48,012 bases of DNA from Pseudomonadota bacterium (GCA_022562175.1 JADFPU010000002.1:1-48012), one strand, 5' to 3'; counted from the first letter of the stretch, positions 1 to 12,061 are shown. Made by a program: numbers and translations. The notes: generated from the sequence alone by a model not told the origin.

Positions 1-2
1 GT

Positions 3-1352
3 TTGCGGTTACGCACCCTGGCTAATGAGATTGTACCTGCTTTATGTGGTTCAGCCTTTAAAAACAAGGGTGTGCAGACCATGTTGGATGCGGTTATCGA
101 TTATATGCCTTCGCCTATAGAGGTGCCGCCGATAAAGGGCGTACTTGATGATGCAAAACAGACCAGCTCAGAGCGGCGATCTTCTGATGATGAACCGTTT
201 GCTGCACTGGCGTTTAAAATTGCTACGGATCCTTTTGTCGGCACATTGACGTTCTTCCGTGTGTACTCGGGGGTACTGAATACAGGCGATACTATATATA
301 ACCCGGTAAAGGGTAAAAAAGAACGCATCGGTCGCCTTCTGCAAATGCATGCCAATAGTCGGCATGATATCAAGGAAGTACGTGCCGGTGATATTGCCGC
401 TGCGATTGGCCTGAAGGACGTGACGACCGGTGATACCTTGTGCGATCTGAAGGCGGTCATCACACTGGAAAAGATGGATTTCCCGGAGCCCGTCATCGCT
501 GTGGCAGTGGAGCCGAAAACAAAGCCTGACCAGGAAAAAATGGGTATTGCACTAGTCAAGCTGGTGAAGGAAGACCCCTCATTCAGGGTGCATACCGATG
601 AAGAATCTGGTCAGACTATTATTTCCGGAATGGGTGAATTGCACCTCGAGATCATCGTTGAGCGGATGAGGCGAGAGTTTAACGTCGAGGCTAATATTGG
701 TAAACCTCGGGTGGCTTACCGCGAAACAATTCGCAAAGTAGTCGAAAAGGCTGAAGGCAAGTTTGTGCGTCAGACAGGTGGCCGTGGGCAATACGGTCAC
801 GTTGTATTCAAGATTGAGCCTCAGCAGCTTGGCGATGGTTACGAGTTTATCAACGAGATAGTCGGTGGTGTTGTACCAAAAGAGTATATTGGCTCAATAG
901 ACAAGGGTGTGCAGGAACAGATGCAGAACGGGGTTATTGCCGGTTATCCACTGGTAGACGTTAAAGTCACTTTATATGATGGCTCTTATCATGATGTTGA
1001 CTCCAGTGAAATGGCCTTTAGAATAGCCGGCTCTATAGGTTTCAGGGACGGGGTCAAGAAGGCTGATCCTGTGCTGCTGGAACCGGTTATGAAGGTAGAG
1101 GTTGTCACGCCGGAGGACTATCTGGGTGCGGTTACCGGCGATATAAACAAGCGTCGAGGTATTTTGCAGGGCACCGAAGATTCGTCAGCAGGTAGAATTG
1201 TTAGAGCAGAAGTTCCATTGTCTGAGATGTTCGGTTATGCAACAGACCTGCGTTCAGCAACACAGGGTCGTGCAACCTACACCATGGAATTTACCAAATA
1301 TTACCAGGTACCACCTAATATAGCTGAAGGAATTATTTCTAAAAATCAATAA
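3..1352 (+). CDS. fusA: Elongation factor G, C-terminal ~449 aa (5' end outside window)
   Basis: Translation is collinear with EF-G domains II-V ([51 protein letters not shown]). It is followed by tuf, as in the str operon. Confidence 0.97.
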   Translation: MRLRTLANEIVPALCGSAFKNKGVQTMLDAVIDYMPSPIEVPPIKGVLDDAKQTSSERRSSDDEPFAALAFKIATDPFVGTLTFFRVYSGVLNTGDTIYNPVKGKKERIGRLLQMHANSRHDIKEVRAGDIAAAIGLKDVTTGDTLCDLKAVITLEKMDFPEPVIAVAVEPKTKPDQEKMGIALVKLVKEDPSFRVHTDEESGQTIISGMGELHLEIIVERMRREFNVEANIGKPRVAYRETIRKVVEKAEGKFVRQTGGRGQYGHVVFKIEPQQLGDGYEFINEIVGGVVPKEYIGSIDKGVQEQMQNGVIAGYPLVDVKVTLYDGSYHDVDSSEMAFRIAGSIGFRDGVKKADPVLLEPVMKVEVVTPEDYLGAVTGDINKRRGILQGTEDSSAGRIVRAEVPLSEMFGYATDLRSATQGRATYTMEFTKYYQVPPNIAEGIISKNQ

Positions 1353-1376
1353 CTTATGAGCAAGAGGTAAAGAAAC

Positions 1377-2567
<1,191 letters not shown>

Positions 2568-2573
2568 ACGGAA

Positions 2574-2888
2574 ATGGCAGATCAACAAATTATACGTATA
2601 CGTCTGAAGGCTTTCGATCACAGGCTGATCGATCAGTCTGCCCGTGAAATTGTGGAAACTGCCCAGCGTACGGGTGCACAGGTCAAGGGACCAATACCGC
2701 TACCAACCAAGAAGGAGCGTTTTACCGTGCTGATCTCACCACATGTCAACAAGGATGCAAGAGATCAATATGAGATACGCACGCATAAAAGATTGATGGA
2801 TATTATCAATCCGACTGAAAAGACAGTGGATGCACTCATGAAGCTGGATTTGGCTGCCGGCGTGGATGTGCAGATTAAATTAAATTAG
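2574..2888 (+). CDS. rpsJ: 30S ribosomal protein S10 (uS10)
   Basis: 104 aa. [16 protein letters not shown]...[21 protein letters not shown] is the S10 signature. First gene of the S10 operon. Confidence 0.97.
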   Translation: MADQQIIRIRLKAFDHRLIDQSAREIVETAQRTGAQVKGPIPLPTKKERFTVLISPHVNKDARDQYEIRTHKRLMDIINPTEKTVDALMKLDLAAGVDVQIKLN

Positions 2889-3043
2889 AAAAATTTTAAC
2901 CACATAGTACACAGAGAAAAATAAAAATGATGTTAATGACAAAGTTATACTGCTGCGTGTACTCGGCCTTCGTTCCAGACGTGGCTCTAACACCTGCATC
3001 CGTGTAGGCGTCCATGCTAAATATTAATTTTGAGTAAATAGAA

Positions 3044-3688
3044 ATGACGATAGGGATCATAGGTAAAAAACGCGGCATGACACGGATCTTTACTGAAGAA
3101 GGTCAGTCGATTCCGGTGACAATAATTGAGGCCGGCATAAATCGGGTAGTGCGCCTGGTCAATACCGAACGACAAGGTTACCGAGCTGTACAGTTGGCCT
3201 GGGGTGCGAAGCGCAGGAATTTGATCAATAAACCTGCAGCAGGCACCTTGTCCAAGGCGGAAATAGAAACGGCAGAAGGTTTGGTTGAGTTTCGTCTGGA
3301 CGATGGAGAGGTTAACGATATGGTGTTGGGTGCTGAGGTCAAGGTTGATATCTTTGAGTCCGGTCAGAAGGTTGATGTAACCGGCACTTCTATTGGCAAG
3401 GGTTTCGCAGGTGTTATTAAAAGACATCATTTCAGCCATCAGCGAAACTCGCACGGCAACTCATTGTCTCATCGTGCTCCGGGTTCAATTGGTCAATGTC
3501 AGACGCCTGGGCGGGTATTCAAGGGTAAAAAAATGGCTGGGCATTTAGGTAATGTTAAGCGCACGACCCAGAATCTTGAAGTTGTGAGGGTTGATGTAGA
3601 GCGCAATCTACTAATGATTAAAGGTGCTGTGCCTGGCGCTAAAGGCAGCAGGGTTATTGTGAAATCAGCTGTGAAGTCAAGGGCATAA
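3044..3688 (+). CDS. rplC: 50S ribosomal protein L3 (uL3)
   Basis: 214 aa starting [20 protein letters not shown], typical of uL3. Operon position fits. Confidence 0.97.
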   Translation: MTIGIIGKKRGMTRIFTEEGQSIPVTIIEAGINRVVRLVNTERQGYRAVQLAWGAKRRNLINKPAAGTLSKAEIETAEGLVEFRLDDGEVNDMVLGAEVKVDIFESGQKVDVTGTSIGKGFAGVIKRHHFSHQRNSHGNSLSHRAPGSIGQCQTPGRVFKGKKMAGHLGNVKRTTQNLEVVRVDVERNLLMIKGAVPGAKGSRVIVKSAVKSRA

Positions 3689-3698
3689 GGTGGCTTCT

Positions 3699-4316
3699 AT
3701 GCAGCTTACTATACATAAAACAGGCAGTAACAAGCCAGGCAAGCTAAAGGTTTCTGATGCCGTATTCGGTGTTGCTTATAATGAGTCGCTGGTGCATCAG
3801 GTATTGACTGCATTTATGGCTGCTGCCCGTTCTGGAACCAAGGCCCAGAAAAGCAGGTCCCAGGCCCGTGGCGGCGGCAGAAAACCATGGCGGCAAAAGG
3901 GTATGGGCCGCGCCAGAGCAGGGACTATCCGTAGCCCGATATGGCGAGGTGGTGGCGTGACGTTTGCGGCCAAGCCACGTGATTATTCGAAGAAAATTAA
4001 CAAGAAGATGTATCGGGGTGCGATCCGTTCGATTTTATCTGAACTGGCCAGACAGAAACGATTAAGTTGCGTTGAAGAGTTCAGCATAGATACGCCAAAA
4101 ACCAAACAGGCGCTGCAACGATTATCCGAGCTGGGATTAAACGAAGTGTTGATTATTACAGATGAAGTGACTGAGAACCTGTATCTGTCGACAAGAAATA
4201 TCCCTCGGGTCGATGTGATTGATACTAGAGAAATGAACCCTTATTCACTGATTGGTTTTGACAACATATTAATGACCAAAAGCGCCATCGAAAAAGTAGA
4301 GGCATGGCTGGCATGA
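3699..4316 (+). CDS. rplD: 50S ribosomal protein L4 (uL4)
   Basis: The [28 protein letters not shown] motif. The ORF track starts at GTG 3690, but ATG 3699 follows AAGGTGG with about 5 nt spacing and fits the L4 N-terminus better. Confidence 0.95.
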   Translation: MQLTIHKTGSNKPGKLKVSDAVFGVAYNESLVHQVLTAFMAAARSGTKAQKSRSQARGGGRKPWRQKGMGRARAGTIRSPIWRGGGVTFAAKPRDYSKKINKKMYRGAIRSILSELARQKRLSCVEEFSIDTPKTKQALQRLSELGLNEVLIITDEVTENLYLSTRNIPRVDVIDTREMNPYSLIGFDNILMTKSAIEKVEAWLA

Positions 4317-4606
4317 ACAAGGAACGACTAATGAATGTTCTGCTTGAGCCGCGTATCACCGAGAAAAGTTCTTTGCTGGGTGATAAATACAACCAGTTTG
4401 TCTTCAAGGTGGCAAAGAATGCGAGCAAGCCGGAGATCAAGCAGGCAGTTGAGCTGATGTTCGAGGTGGAAGTGGACAAAGTACAGGTCAACAACGTAAA
4501 AGGTAAAAGCAAGCGTTACAAGAATACCAGTGGGCGCCGCTCAGATTGGAAAAAGGCATACGTGAAATTAAAGCCTGGTTCTAATATTGACTTTATGGGT
4601 GTTTGA
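4313..4606 (+). CDS. rplW: 50S ribosomal protein L23 (uL23)
   Basis: [11 protein letters not shown]...[17 protein letters not shown] is the L23 pattern. ATG 4313 overlaps the rplD stop (ATGA). An alternative in-frame ATG lies at 4304. Confidence 0.93.
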   Translation: MNKERLMNVLLEPRITEKSSLLGDKYNQFVFKVAKNASKPEIKQAVELMFEVEVDKVQVNNVKGKSKRYKNTSGRRSDWKKAYVKLKPGSNIDFMGV

Positions 4607-4622
4607 GCAAGAGTAATAGAAG

Positions 4623-5447
4623 ATGCCAATAGTAAAACCAAAGCCGACATCGGCGGGGCGCCGAGGAGTAGTCAAAGTAGTTAGCCCGGAGCTTTATAAG
4701 GGTACTCCTTACGAGCCTTTGCTGGAAAAGCAAAGCAAGAAATCAGGCCGTAATAACGCGGGGCGGATTACCGTTCGTCATCGAGGCGGTGGTGCAAAGC
4801 AGCGTTATCGTATTATCGATTTTAAACGGGACAAGGATGGGATTAGCGCGAAGGTAGAGCGCATTGAGTATGATCCAAATCGAACTGCGCATATTGCGTT
4901 ACTGTTGTATGCAGATGGAGAACGTCGTTACATCATAGCCCCTAATAAGATCACGCAGGGTGATGTACTGATGTCAGGCACAGAGGCCGCTATCAAGGCG
5001 GGTAATTGTTTGCCATTACGAAATATTCCATTGGGTTCAACCATACATTGTGTTGAGATGAAGCCTGGCAAAGGCGCGCAAATGGTGCGCAGTGCCGGCG
5101 CCAGTGCACAGCTTGTAGCACGTGAAGGTCTGCATGTGACCCTGCGTTTACGTTCGGGTGAGATGCGTAAGGTGCCGGTTGATTGTCGGGCAACGCTTGG
5201 CGAAGTGGGTAATGTTGAACACTCGTTGCGTCAGCTTGGTAAAGCAGGTGCAAAACGCTGGAGAGGTATTCGCCCAACCGTACGTGGTGTGGCAATGAAT
5301 CCGGTTGATCACCCGCATGGAGGGGGTGAAGGTAGAACATCAGGCGGCAGGCACCCGGTTTCACCTTGGGGTACTCCGGCCAAAGGGTATAAGACACGAA
5401 CCAACAAGCGCACCAGTAATATGATTGTGCGTAAGCGAAAGAGTTAA
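4623..5447 (+). CDS. rplB: 50S ribosomal protein L2 (uL2)
   Basis: 274 aa with the [15 protein letters not shown] and [17 protein letters not shown] motifs. Confidence 0.98.
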   Translation: MPIVKPKPTSAGRRGVVKVVSPELYKGTPYEPLLEKQSKKSGRNNAGRITVRHRGGGAKQRYRIIDFKRDKDGISAKVERIEYDPNRTAHIALLLYADGERRYIIAPNKITQGDVLMSGTEAAIKAGNCLPLRNIPLGSTIHCVEMKPGKGAQMVRSAGASAQLVAREGLHVTLRLRSGEMRKVPVDCRATLGEVGNVEHSLRQLGKAGAKRWRGIRPTVRGVAMNPVDHPHGGGEGRTSGGRHPVSPWGTPAKGYKTRTNKRTSNMIVRKRKS

Positions 5448-5517
5448 AAATGCTGAAAAAATATCTGCATATATTTTTACAGCACGCAATGCAAAAAATG
5501 CGATTTTTGCTTTGCTT

Positions 5518-5550
5518 CATTTATCAAATGCCTTTGGCATTTGATAAATG
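5518..5550. repeat. Perfect 15-bp stem with 3-nt loop (CATTTATCAAATGCC ttt GGCATTTGATAAATG), the core of a multi-hairpin 175-nt rplB-rpsS spacer
   Basis: Read directly: the reverse complement of 5518-5532 equals 5536-5550. Four further hairpins flank it: 5452-5483, 5491-5510, 5551-5570, and 5572-5578 paired with 5602-5608. Confidence 0.85.
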
Positions 5551-5622
5551 CTATTACATCCATGTAACAGTAATTGATAGCCAAAAACAGAGTTTATTGC
5601 AATCAATTCACAGGAGGATTTT

Positions 5623-5895
5623 GTGCCACGTTCAATAAAAAAAGGTCCTTTTGTGGATAACCACCTGGAAAAAAAGGTGGAAGCAGCCAGGGCATCAAAT
5701 GATAAACGTCCGATCAAGACATGGTCGAGACGTTCGATGATAATTCCAGATATGGTTGGTTTGACTATTGCTGTGCATAACGGGCGTGTCCACATGCCGG
5801 TATTTATTACAGAAAATATGGTCGGGCACAAGCTGGGTGAATTTTCGGTAACGAGAACATTCAGGGGCCATGCAGCGGATAGAAAGAGCAAGTAA
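5623..5895 (+). CDS. rpsS: 30S ribosomal protein S19 (uS19)
   Basis: GTG start 5 nt after AGGAGG (5612-5617). [11 protein letters not shown]...IAVHNGR...HKLGEF is the S19 signature. Confidence 0.97.
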   Translation: MPRSIKKGPFVDNHLEKKVEAARASNDKRPIKTWSRRSMIIPDMVGLTIAVHNGRVHMPVFITENMVGHKLGEFSVTRTFRGHAADRKSK

Positions 5896-5912
5896 TCGAG
5901 GATAGATTCAAC

Positions 5913-6254
5913 ATGTCAACGACAGCAACATTAAAGTATGCACGTACGTCGCCACAGAAAATACGTTTGGTGGCAGATCAAATAAGGGGTTTGTCTGTTG
6001 ATCGTGCCATGAATGTACTGACGTTCAGTAATAAGAAAGCGGCAGTCATTATCAAAAAGCTGCTTGAATCTGCCGTTGCCAATGCTGAGCACAATGATGG
6101 TGCTGATATTGATGAGTTGAAAGTTTCATCTGTGTATGTAAATCAAGGACCGACCTTGAAACGTTTGCGACCAAGAGCGAGAGGTCGGTCAGACAGGATT
6201 ATAAAGCGCATGAGTCATATCACAGTGACTGTAGCGGAACCGGAAGAGAACTGA
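5913..6254 (+). CDS. rplV: 50S ribosomal protein L22 (uL22)
   Basis: 113 aa. [14 protein letters not shown]...[16 protein letters not shown] is typical of L22. Confidence 0.97.
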   Translation: MSTTATLKYARTSPQKIRLVADQIRGLSVDRAMNVLTFSNKKAAVIIKKLLESAVANAEHNDGADIDELKVSSVYVNQGPTLKRLRPRARGRSDRIIKRMSHITVTVAEPEEN

Positions 6255-6255
6255 T

Positions 6256-6933
6256 ATGGGTCAAAAGGTACATCCAATTGGCATGCGGCTGGGCATTATC
6301 AAGGACTGGTCGTCTATATGGTATGCTGATTCAAAGGATTATGCAGGCTTTCTGCTTGCCGATATGCAGGTGCGTGACTATCTGAGGAAAAAGCTCGCCA
6401 ATGCATCGGTGAGCCGTATTCAAATAGAACGTCCCGCGAATAATGCGCGCGTGATCATCCATACGGCGAGGCCAGGTATTGTCATCGGCAAAAAGGGCGA
6501 GGACATTGACAGGCTCCGCGTGAAGATTTCACAAATGATGGGTGTGCCGGCCATGGTTAGCGTTGAAGAAATCCGTAAGCCTGAACTGGATGCCTATCTG
6601 GTTGCCGAGAGCGTTGCACAACAGATTGAACGTCGCATAATGTTTCGCCGTGCCATGAAAAGGGCGGTGGCAAATGCCATGCGATTGGGCGCATTAGGTA
6701 TCAAGATACATGTCAGTGGCCGTTTAAATGGCGCAGAAATCGCTCGTTCAGAATGGTACCGCGAAGGCAGGGTTCCTTTGCATACACTGAGGGCCGATAT
6801 AGATTATGGATTGGCCGAATCAAATACGACCTATGGTGTAATCGGCGTGAAAGTCTGGATTTTTAAGGGTGAAGTATTTGATAAGAGTACATCTGACGAA
6901 ACTGAAACAACCGAGTCGGCAGCAAAAAGTTAA
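6256..6933 (+). CDS. rpsC: 30S ribosomal protein S3 (uS3)
   Basis: 225 aa starting [14 protein letters not shown], with the KH-domain pattern [13 protein letters not shown]. Confidence 0.97.
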   Translation: MGQKVHPIGMRLGIIKDWSSIWYADSKDYAGFLLADMQVRDYLRKKLANASVSRIQIERPANNARVIIHTARPGIVIGKKGEDIDRLRVKISQMMGVPAMVSVEEIRKPELDAYLVAESVAQQIERRIMFRRAMKRAVANAMRLGALGIKIHVSGRLNGAEIARSEWYREGRVPLHTLRADIDYGLAESNTTYGVIGVKVWIFKGEVFDKSTSDETETTESAAKS

Positions 6934-6945
6934 CGGAATTGAAAA

Positions 6946-7359
6946 GTGTTACAACCAAAAAAAACAAAATTCAAGAAGCAGAACAAGGGCCGTAATCGTG
7001 GCCTTGCTAATGTTGGCAACAAGGTCAGCTTTGGCGAATATGGCCTGAAGGCAACCACGCGGGGACGTATTACTGCTCGCCAGATAGAGGCAGCCCGGCG
7101 CACGATAACTCGCAAGGTGAAACGTGGTGGAAAACTCTGGATCCGCATGTTTCCAGATAAACCTATCACCAAGAAACCTCTGGAAGTTCGTCAGGGTAAA
7201 GGTAAGGGTAACGTGGAATACTGGGTGTCACTTGTACAGCCAGGCAAAATGTTATACGAGATTGAAGGTGTTAGCGAAGAGCTTGCGCGGCAAGCATTTA
7301 AATTGGCATCTGCAAAGTTGCCGATAAAGACAACTTTTGTAAGCAGGTCGGTGCTTTGA
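6946..7359 (+). CDS. rplP: 50S ribosomal protein L16 (uL16)
   Basis: GTG start. [21 protein letters not shown] matches the L16 N-terminus. 137 aa. Confidence 0.97.
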   Translation: MLQPKKTKFKKQNKGRNRGLANVGNKVSFGEYGLKATTRGRITARQIEAARRTITRKVKRGGKLWIRMFPDKPITKKPLEVRQGKGKGNVEYWVSLVQPGKMLYEIEGVSEELARQAFKLASAKLPIKTTFVSRSVL

Positions 7360-7559
7360 TGAAAGCGACAGAGTTAAGGGGCAAAAATCCCGAACAATTG
7401 AATACCCTGCTTTTGGATTTAGTCCGTGAACGATTCAATCTGCGCATGCAAAAAGGTTCAGGACAGTTAACTAAACCGAGCCAGATGAAAGCAGTACGCA
7501 GGGATATTGCGCGAATTAAAACGGTTTTGCAGGAATTGGCAACAGGTGAGAGTTCATGA
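7359..7559 (+). CDS. rpmC: 50S ribosomal protein L29 (uL29)
   Basis: [31 protein letters not shown] is L29-like. ATG 7359 overlaps the rplP stop. The ORF track begins one codon earlier at TTG 7356. Confidence 0.94.
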   Translation: MKATELRGKNPEQLNTLLLDLVRERFNLRMQKGSGQLTKPSQMKAVRRDIARIKTVLQELATGESS

Positions 7560-7822
7560 GTGACAATCAAATGACAGCAAAAACACTGACCGGCCGTGTG
7601 GTCAGCAATAAGATGGACAAAACCATCTCAGTACTTATACAACGGACAGTGAAGCATGCACTGTATGAAAAATTCATGCGGCGCTCTACAAAGTTGCTTG
7701 CTCATGATGAGAATAACGAATGCAATGAAGGCGATCTTGTGGTGATTGAATCATCGAAGCCATTGTCAAAAAGAAAGTCATGGCGTCTACACAAGATTAT
7801 AACGAAAGCTCAGGAAGTTTAG
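7556..7822 (+). CDS. rpsQ: 30S ribosomal protein S17 (uS17)
   Basis: [16 protein letters not shown]...[15 protein letters not shown]...SKRKSW is the S17 pattern. Confidence 0.96.
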   Translation: MSDNQMTAKTLTGRVVSNKMDKTISVLIQRTVKHALYEKFMRRSTKLLAHDENNECNEGDLVVIESSKPLSKRKSWRLHKIITKAQEV

Positions 7823-7875
7823 TCCGGTTTACAGCTTACCAATAACCGTAATTCAGGATTTATCGGAGAACGCAC

Positions 7876-8244
7876 ATGATACAGATGCAAACAATGTTGG
7901 ATTCCGCTGATAATAGCGGTGCGCGTCGTATGATGTGCATAAAAGTGTTGGGTGGCTCTAAACGCCGATACGCAAACATCGGCGATATTATAAAGGTGAC
8001 TGTAAAGGAGGCGATTCCGCGCGGCAAGGTGAAAAAAGGCGAGTTGTACATCGCTGTTGTAGTCCGCACCAGGAAAGGTGTACGGCGTCCGGATGGCTCC
8101 TTGATTCGGTTTGATGGCAACGCAGCGGTATTGTTGAATAATCAGTTTCAGCCCATCGGTACCCGTATATTCGGACCCGTTACGCGAGAATTACGAGGCG
8201 AACGATTTATGAAGATCATTTCGCTTGCGCCGGAGGTGCTTTAA
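7876..8244 (+). CDS. rplN: 50S ribosomal protein L14 (uL14)
   Basis: [17 protein letters not shown]...[11 protein letters not shown] is canonical L14. 122 aa. Confidence 0.98.
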   Translation: MIQMQTMLDSADNSGARRMMCIKVLGGSKRRYANIGDIIKVTVKEAIPRGKVKKGELYIAVVVRTRKGVRRPDGSLIRFDGNAAVLLNNQFQPIGTRIFGPVTRELRGERFMKIISLAPEVL

Positions 8245-8282
8245 GCGCTGTTAAGCTTGAATGCAGATTGAAATAGAAAGAT

Positions 8283-8603
8283 ATGAACAAGATACGTAAA
8301 GGCGATGAAGTGGTTGTCTTGGCTGGTAAAGATAAAGCCAAGCGCGGGATTGTGTTGCGCACGTTAAATGATCGAAACAAGGTCATTGTCGAAAATGTCA
8401 ACATGGTAAAAAGACATACCAAGGGGAACCCTCAAAAGGGGGTTGCTGGTGGTATCATTGAGAAAGAGATGCCCTTGGATGCGTCGAATATTGCTATCTG
8501 GAACCCGATAACAAATAAGCCGGACCGGGTGGGATTCAGGACTCTGGAAGATAACCGCAAGGTGCGTTATTTCAAATCGAATAACGAAGTTATTGATATA
8601 TAG
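8283..8603 (+). CDS. rplX: 50S ribosomal protein L24 (uL24)
   Basis: [19 protein letters not shown] (KOW motif)...RVGFR...VRYFKSN. 106 aa. Confidence 0.96.
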   Translation: MNKIRKGDEVVVLAGKDKAKRGIVLRTLNDRNKVIVENVNMVKRHTKGNPQKGVAGGIIEKEMPLDASNIAIWNPITNKPDRVGFRTLEDNRKVRYFKSNNEVIDI

Positions 8604-8620
8604 GTGTGTGAGATTATTTG

Positions 8621-9160
8621 ATGACCAGGTTAGAAGAATTCTATAGTAAAACTGTTGTTAAGCAATTAACAGAGCAATTTAGCTATAAGTCACCGATGCA
8701 GGTGCCACGTATCGAAAAGATCACGCTTAATATGGGGGTTGGTGATGCCGTGGCAGATCGAAAGGTTATTAACCATGCAGTTGCCGATATGGAAAAAATT
8801 GCGGGACAGAAACCAATTGTAACCAAGGCACGTAAGTCAGTATCGAATTTTAAGGTTCGGGAGGATTGGCCGATTGGTTGCAAAGTTACTTTAAGGAAGC
8901 AGCATATGTATGAGTTTCTGGACAGACTGATTTCTATTGCCATACCGCGTATACGTGATTTTCGTGGCTTAAATGCAAAATCATTTGATGGGCGTGGCAA
9001 TTATAGTATGGGCATTAAAGAACAGATAATTTTTCCGGAAATCGATTATGAAAAGATCGACAAAATTCGCGGTATGGATATAACCATTACAACAACAGCG
9101 AACACGGATGAAGAAGCCCGGGCGTTGTTAACAGCATTCAGTTTCCCCTTGCGGACCTGA
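8621..9160 (+). CDS. rplE: 50S ribosomal protein L5 (uL5)
   Basis: [15 protein letters not shown]...[11 protein letters not shown]...[25 protein letters not shown] 8621 lies one codon inside the TTG-started track ORF. Confidence 0.97.
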   Translation: MTRLEEFYSKTVVKQLTEQFSYKSPMQVPRIEKITLNMGVGDAVADRKVINHAVADMEKIAGQKPIVTKARKSVSNFKVREDWPIGCKVTLRKQHMYEFLDRLISIAIPRIRDFRGLNAKSFDGRGNYSMGIKEQIIFPEIDYEKIDKIRGMDITITTTANTDEEARALLTAFSFPLRT

Positions 9161-9284
9161 CAGGATTGATAAATGAGTAAGTTTACAGGTATTCGTATCT
9201 CGCAATTCGTCAAGCGTATTACGAAAGATACTGCATTGAAATTAATAGATACGCAATACGCTTCACGAGACACGAGGGTTTAGA

Positions 9285-9590
9285 ATGGCAAAGACATCAA
9301 TGATCAATCGTGAACGTAAACGTGCCCGGTTGGTAAAGAAATATGCGGAAAAACGTCTGCAACTTAAAACTATTATAAAAGATATGTCTTTAAGTGAGGA
9401 GGAACGTCGGAATGCGCGCAGTAAATTGAACGCGTTACCACGTGACTCCAGTCCATCGAGGATGCGGAATCGTTGTGCATTGACAGGTCGCCCGCATGGC
9501 TTTTACCGTAAGTTCGGTTTGGGGCGGAATAAATTAAGAGAAGCTGCAATGCAAGGCGATGTTCCTGGTCTTGTCAAGGCTAGCTGGTAA
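9285..9590 (+). CDS. rpsN: 30S ribosomal protein S14 (uS14), long non-zinc form
   Basis: 101 aa. [26 protein letters not shown]...PGLVKASW is the S14 C-terminal signature. Confidence 0.97.
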   Translation: MAKTSMINRERKRARLVKKYAEKRLQLKTIIKDMSLSEEERRNARSKLNALPRDSSPSRMRNRCALTGRPHGFYRKFGLGRNKLREAAMQGDVPGLVKASW

Positions 9591-9621
9591 CAGGTTACTT
9601 AAGGAAACCGGATTAAATAAT

Positions 9622-10020
9622 ATGAGTATGCAAGATCCAATAGCAGATATGTTGACACGTATTCGTAATGGGCAGGAGCGGTCCAAGCGAGAAGTCAGTA
9701 TGCCGTCGTCAAAATTAAAAATGGCAGTTGCTGACATCCTTAAGCAAGAAGGATACATTGTTGATTTCAGGCAAAACGAGCATGACAACAACAAAAAGAC
9801 GCTGGCAATAGAATTAAAATATTTTAATGGGAAACCGGTTATTGAGGTATTGCAGCGAGTCAGTCGCCCAAGCCTGCGTAAATATCGATCCAAGGCTAAA
9901 CTTCCCAGGGTGCTTGCAGGATTGGGGACAGCTATTATATCGACCCCTAAAGGCGTGATGACTGATAAATCAGCCAGACAGCAGGGTGTCGGTGGTGAAG
10001 TCCTCTGTATTGTTGCGTAA
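9622..10020 (+). CDS. rpsH: 30S ribosomal protein S8 (uS8)
   Basis: [17 protein letters not shown] is the conserved S8 N-terminus. The track ORF (9559) is an upstream in-frame extension overlapping rpsN. Confidence 0.96.
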   Translation: MSMQDPIADMLTRIRNGQERSKREVSMPSSKLKMAVADILKQEGYIVDFRQNEHDNNKKTLAIELKYFNGKPVIEVLQRVSRPSLRKYRSKAKLPRVLAGLGTAIISTPKGVMTDKSARQQGVGGEVLCIVA

Positions 10021-10031
10021 CGGAAAATAAA

Positions 10032-10565
10032 ATGTCACGAGTTGCTAATAATCCGATAACAATTCCCAATGGTGTTGAAGTTAACATCTCTGGCGCTAAT
10101 GTCAGTGTTAAAGGCGCCAAAGGTGAATTGTCTCATAAGGTACATGGTCTGGTGTCCATTACACAGCAGGATAATGTTCTGACGTTTGCAGCAAATGGCA
10201 ACTCAAAAACCGCCAAGGCTCTTGCAGGGACTACCCGGTCACTGTTACAGAATATAGTCACTGGCGTTGTTGAAGGTTTTGAACGTAAGTTGATAATTGT
10301 CGGTATCGGTTATCGTGCCCAGGTTCAGGGCAAGACATTGAACCTGACCTTGGGCTTTTCCCATCCGGTGAATTTTGAAATCCCGCAAGGTATCACGATT
10401 GAGACGCCAACCCAGACGGAGATCGTGATCAGGGGAATAGATAAGCAGAAGGTTGGCCAGGTAGCGGCAAATATTCGTGCATACCGCAAACCGGAGCCTT
10501 ATAAGGGTAAGGGCATTCGCTATGCAGATGAACACATTGTTCGCAAGGAAGCCAAGAAGAGCTAA
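10032..10565 (+). CDS. rplF: 50S ribosomal protein L6 (uL6)
   Basis: [17 protein letters not shown]...GIGYRA...LGFSHPV...[11 protein letters not shown]. 177 aa. Confidence 0.97.
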   Translation: MSRVANNPITIPNGVEVNISGANVSVKGAKGELSHKVHGLVSITQQDNVLTFAANGNSKTAKALAGTTRSLLQNIVTGVVEGFERKLIIVGIGYRAQVQGKTLNLTLGFSHPVNFEIPQGITIETPTQTEIVIRGIDKQKVGQVAANIRAYRKPEPYKGKGIRYADEHIVRKEAKKS

Positions 10566-10567
10566 TT

Positions 10568-10921
10568 ATGAAAAAGAAACAAGCAAGATTACGACGAGTA
10601 CAAAAAACACGGGCGCGCATCAGACTACAAGGCGCCAACCGGCTTTGTGTCTTCAGAACTCCCCGACACATTTATGCGCAGATTATCGCGCCGAATGGCT
10701 CGGAGGTCATTACCAGTGCGTCAACGCTCGATAAGGATGTCAAGAAAAAGGTTAAATACACTGGCAATATTGAAGCTGCCAGTATCGTTGGTGAGATACT
10801 TGCAAAGCGAGCAAAAAAGGCCGGTATAACCAAGGTCGCCTTTGACCGCTCTGGATTTAAGTTTCATGGCCGGGTAAAGGCACTGGCTGAAGCTGTGCGT
10901 GAAAACGGGATGGAATTTTAG
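10568..10921 (+). CDS. rplR: 50S ribosomal protein L18 (uL18)
   Basis: [16 protein letters not shown]...[26 protein letters not shown] is the L18 pattern. Confidence 0.97.
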   Translation: MKKKQARLRRVQKTRARIRLQGANRLCVFRTPRHIYAQIIAPNGSEVITSASTLDKDVKKKVKYTGNIEAASIVGEILAKRAKKAGITKVAFDRSGFKFHGRVKALAEAVRENGMEF

Positions 10922-10923
10922 AG

Positions 10924-11430
10924 ATGGCAAGAACAGACTCAATTACTGGTAATGAAGACCTGCTGGAAAAGCTGGTTGAGGTGAACCGTGTTGCCAAGGT
11001 TGTTAAAGGTGGGCGGATCTTTGGTTTTACTGCATTGACTGTCGTCGGTGATGGTAACGGTAAGGTAGGTTTCGGGCGCGGCAAGGCGAGAGAAGTGCCT
11101 ATCGCTATTCAAAAGGCTATGGAAAAAGCTCGAAGAAATATGATCGAGGTTCCCCTTAATGGCGATACCTTGTATTACCCTGTGACCGCTGAACATGGCG
11201 CGGCCATGGTGCATATGGAGCCAGCCTCGGATGGTACCGGCATTATTGCCGGCGGGCCGATGCGGGCTGTGTTTGAAGTGGTCGGCATTCATAATATCCT
11301 GGCAAAGTCGATTGGTTCAACGAATCCGGTCAATGTTGTCCGTGCGACCATTAACGGTTTGAAGTCAATGGCATCACCAGAAGATATAGCCGCTAAACGT
11401 GGCAAGTCAGTCGAGGAGATCACAGGGTAA
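10924..11430 (+). CDS. rpsE: 30S ribosomal protein S5 (uS5)
   Basis: [40 protein letters not shown] is canonical S5. 168 aa. Confidence 0.97.
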   Translation: MARTDSITGNEDLLEKLVEVNRVAKVVKGGRIFGFTALTVVGDGNGKVGFGRGKAREVPIAIQKAMEKARRNMIEVPLNGDTLYYPVTAEHGAAMVHMEPASDGTGIIAGGPMRAVFEVVGIHNILAKSIGSTNPVNVVRATINGLKSMASPEDIAAKRGKSVEEITG

Positions 11431-11432
11431 GC

Positions 11433-11624
11433 ATGGCTAAAGCAGCTAAAAAATTGAAAGTAACGCTGAAGAAAAGCACCAATCGCAGGACTGCCAAGCA
11501 TAAGGCATGTGTTATGGGGCTTGGTCTGCGGCGTATTAATCATAGCGTTATTGTAGAAGACACGCCTGCCATACGTGGCATGATTAATAAGGTGTCTTAT
11601 CTACTGGCTGTAGAGGAAGCCTGA
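11433..11624 (+). CDS. rpmD: 50S ribosomal protein L30 (uL30)
   Basis: 63 aa. KVTLKKS...[30 protein letters not shown] is L30-like. Confidence 0.95.
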   Translation: MAKAAKKLKVTLKKSTNRRTAKHKACVMGLGLRRINHSVIVEDTPAIRGMINKVSYLLAVEEA

Positions 11625-11625
11625 T

Positions 11626-12060
11626 ATGCGATTAAATACATTGAAGCCTGCAGCGGGCTCCAGTCCATCACGGAAAAGAGTGGGTCGGGGTATGGGTTCA
11701 GGCTATGGTAAGACTGCTGGCCGTGGGCATAAGGGACAAAAGGCGCGCTCGGGTGGTTATCATAAGGTCGGCTTCGAAGGTGGCCAGATGCCCTTGCAAC
11801 GACGTTTGCCAAAGGTAGGCTTTAATTCCAGGCTGGCGCTTGTTACGGCTGAAATTCGCTTGCATGAACTTGAGGGCATGAAGGTTGATGTCATCGATCT
11901 TGGGGCGCTGAAGCTGGCAAAAGTTGTGTCGAAGAAAATAAAACATGCCAAGGTTATTGCTTCTGGAGAAATAAAAAGAGCCGTGACGATTAAAGGTCTT
12001 AAGGCAACAAAGGGCGCCCGTGCAGCTATTGAAGCTGCCGGGGGGAAGATAGAGGAATAG
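11626..12060 (+). CDS. rplO: 50S ribosomal protein L15 (uL15)
   Basis: [12 protein letters not shown]...[27 protein letters not shown] is the L15 signature. Confidence 0.97.
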   Translation: MRLNTLKPAAGSSPSRKRVGRGMGSGYGKTAGRGHKGQKARSGGYHKVGFEGGQMPLQRRLPKVGFNSRLALVTAEIRLHELEGMKVDVIDLGALKLAKVVSKKIKHAKVIASGEIKRAVTIKGLKATKGARAAIEAAGGKIEE

Positions 12061-12061
12061 T

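Noticed and set aside
2927-3007. 26-codon ORF (MMLMTKLYCCVYSAFVPDVALTPASV) in the rpsJ-rplC spacer.
   Set aside because: There is no convincing ribosome-binding site. It overlaps the degenerate palindromic half-sites and is too short to evaluate.
5541-5550. The 10-mer TTGATAAATG is shared by the rplB-rpsS spacer (5541-5550) and the rplE-rpsN spacer (9166-9175).
   Set aside because: This is a single short AT-rich match with no extended similarity around it. It is compatible with chance.
5450-5638. 62-aa ORF filling the rplB-rpsS spacer (MLKKYLHIFLQHAMQKMRF...).
   Set aside because: It has no Shine-Dalgarno sequence. It runs straight through five hairpins and into the rpsS start in another frame. 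Its composition is driven by the AT-rich palindromes. RNA structure or a repeat is the better explanation.
9559-9621. N-terminal extensions in the ORF track for rpsH (9559), rodA (25219), tadA (41776), recA (43561), guaB (38663) and the secreted orphan (35484).
   Set aside because: These extensions overlap the preceding gene or lack an RBS. The conserved family N-termini begin at the internal ATGs used in the feature table.
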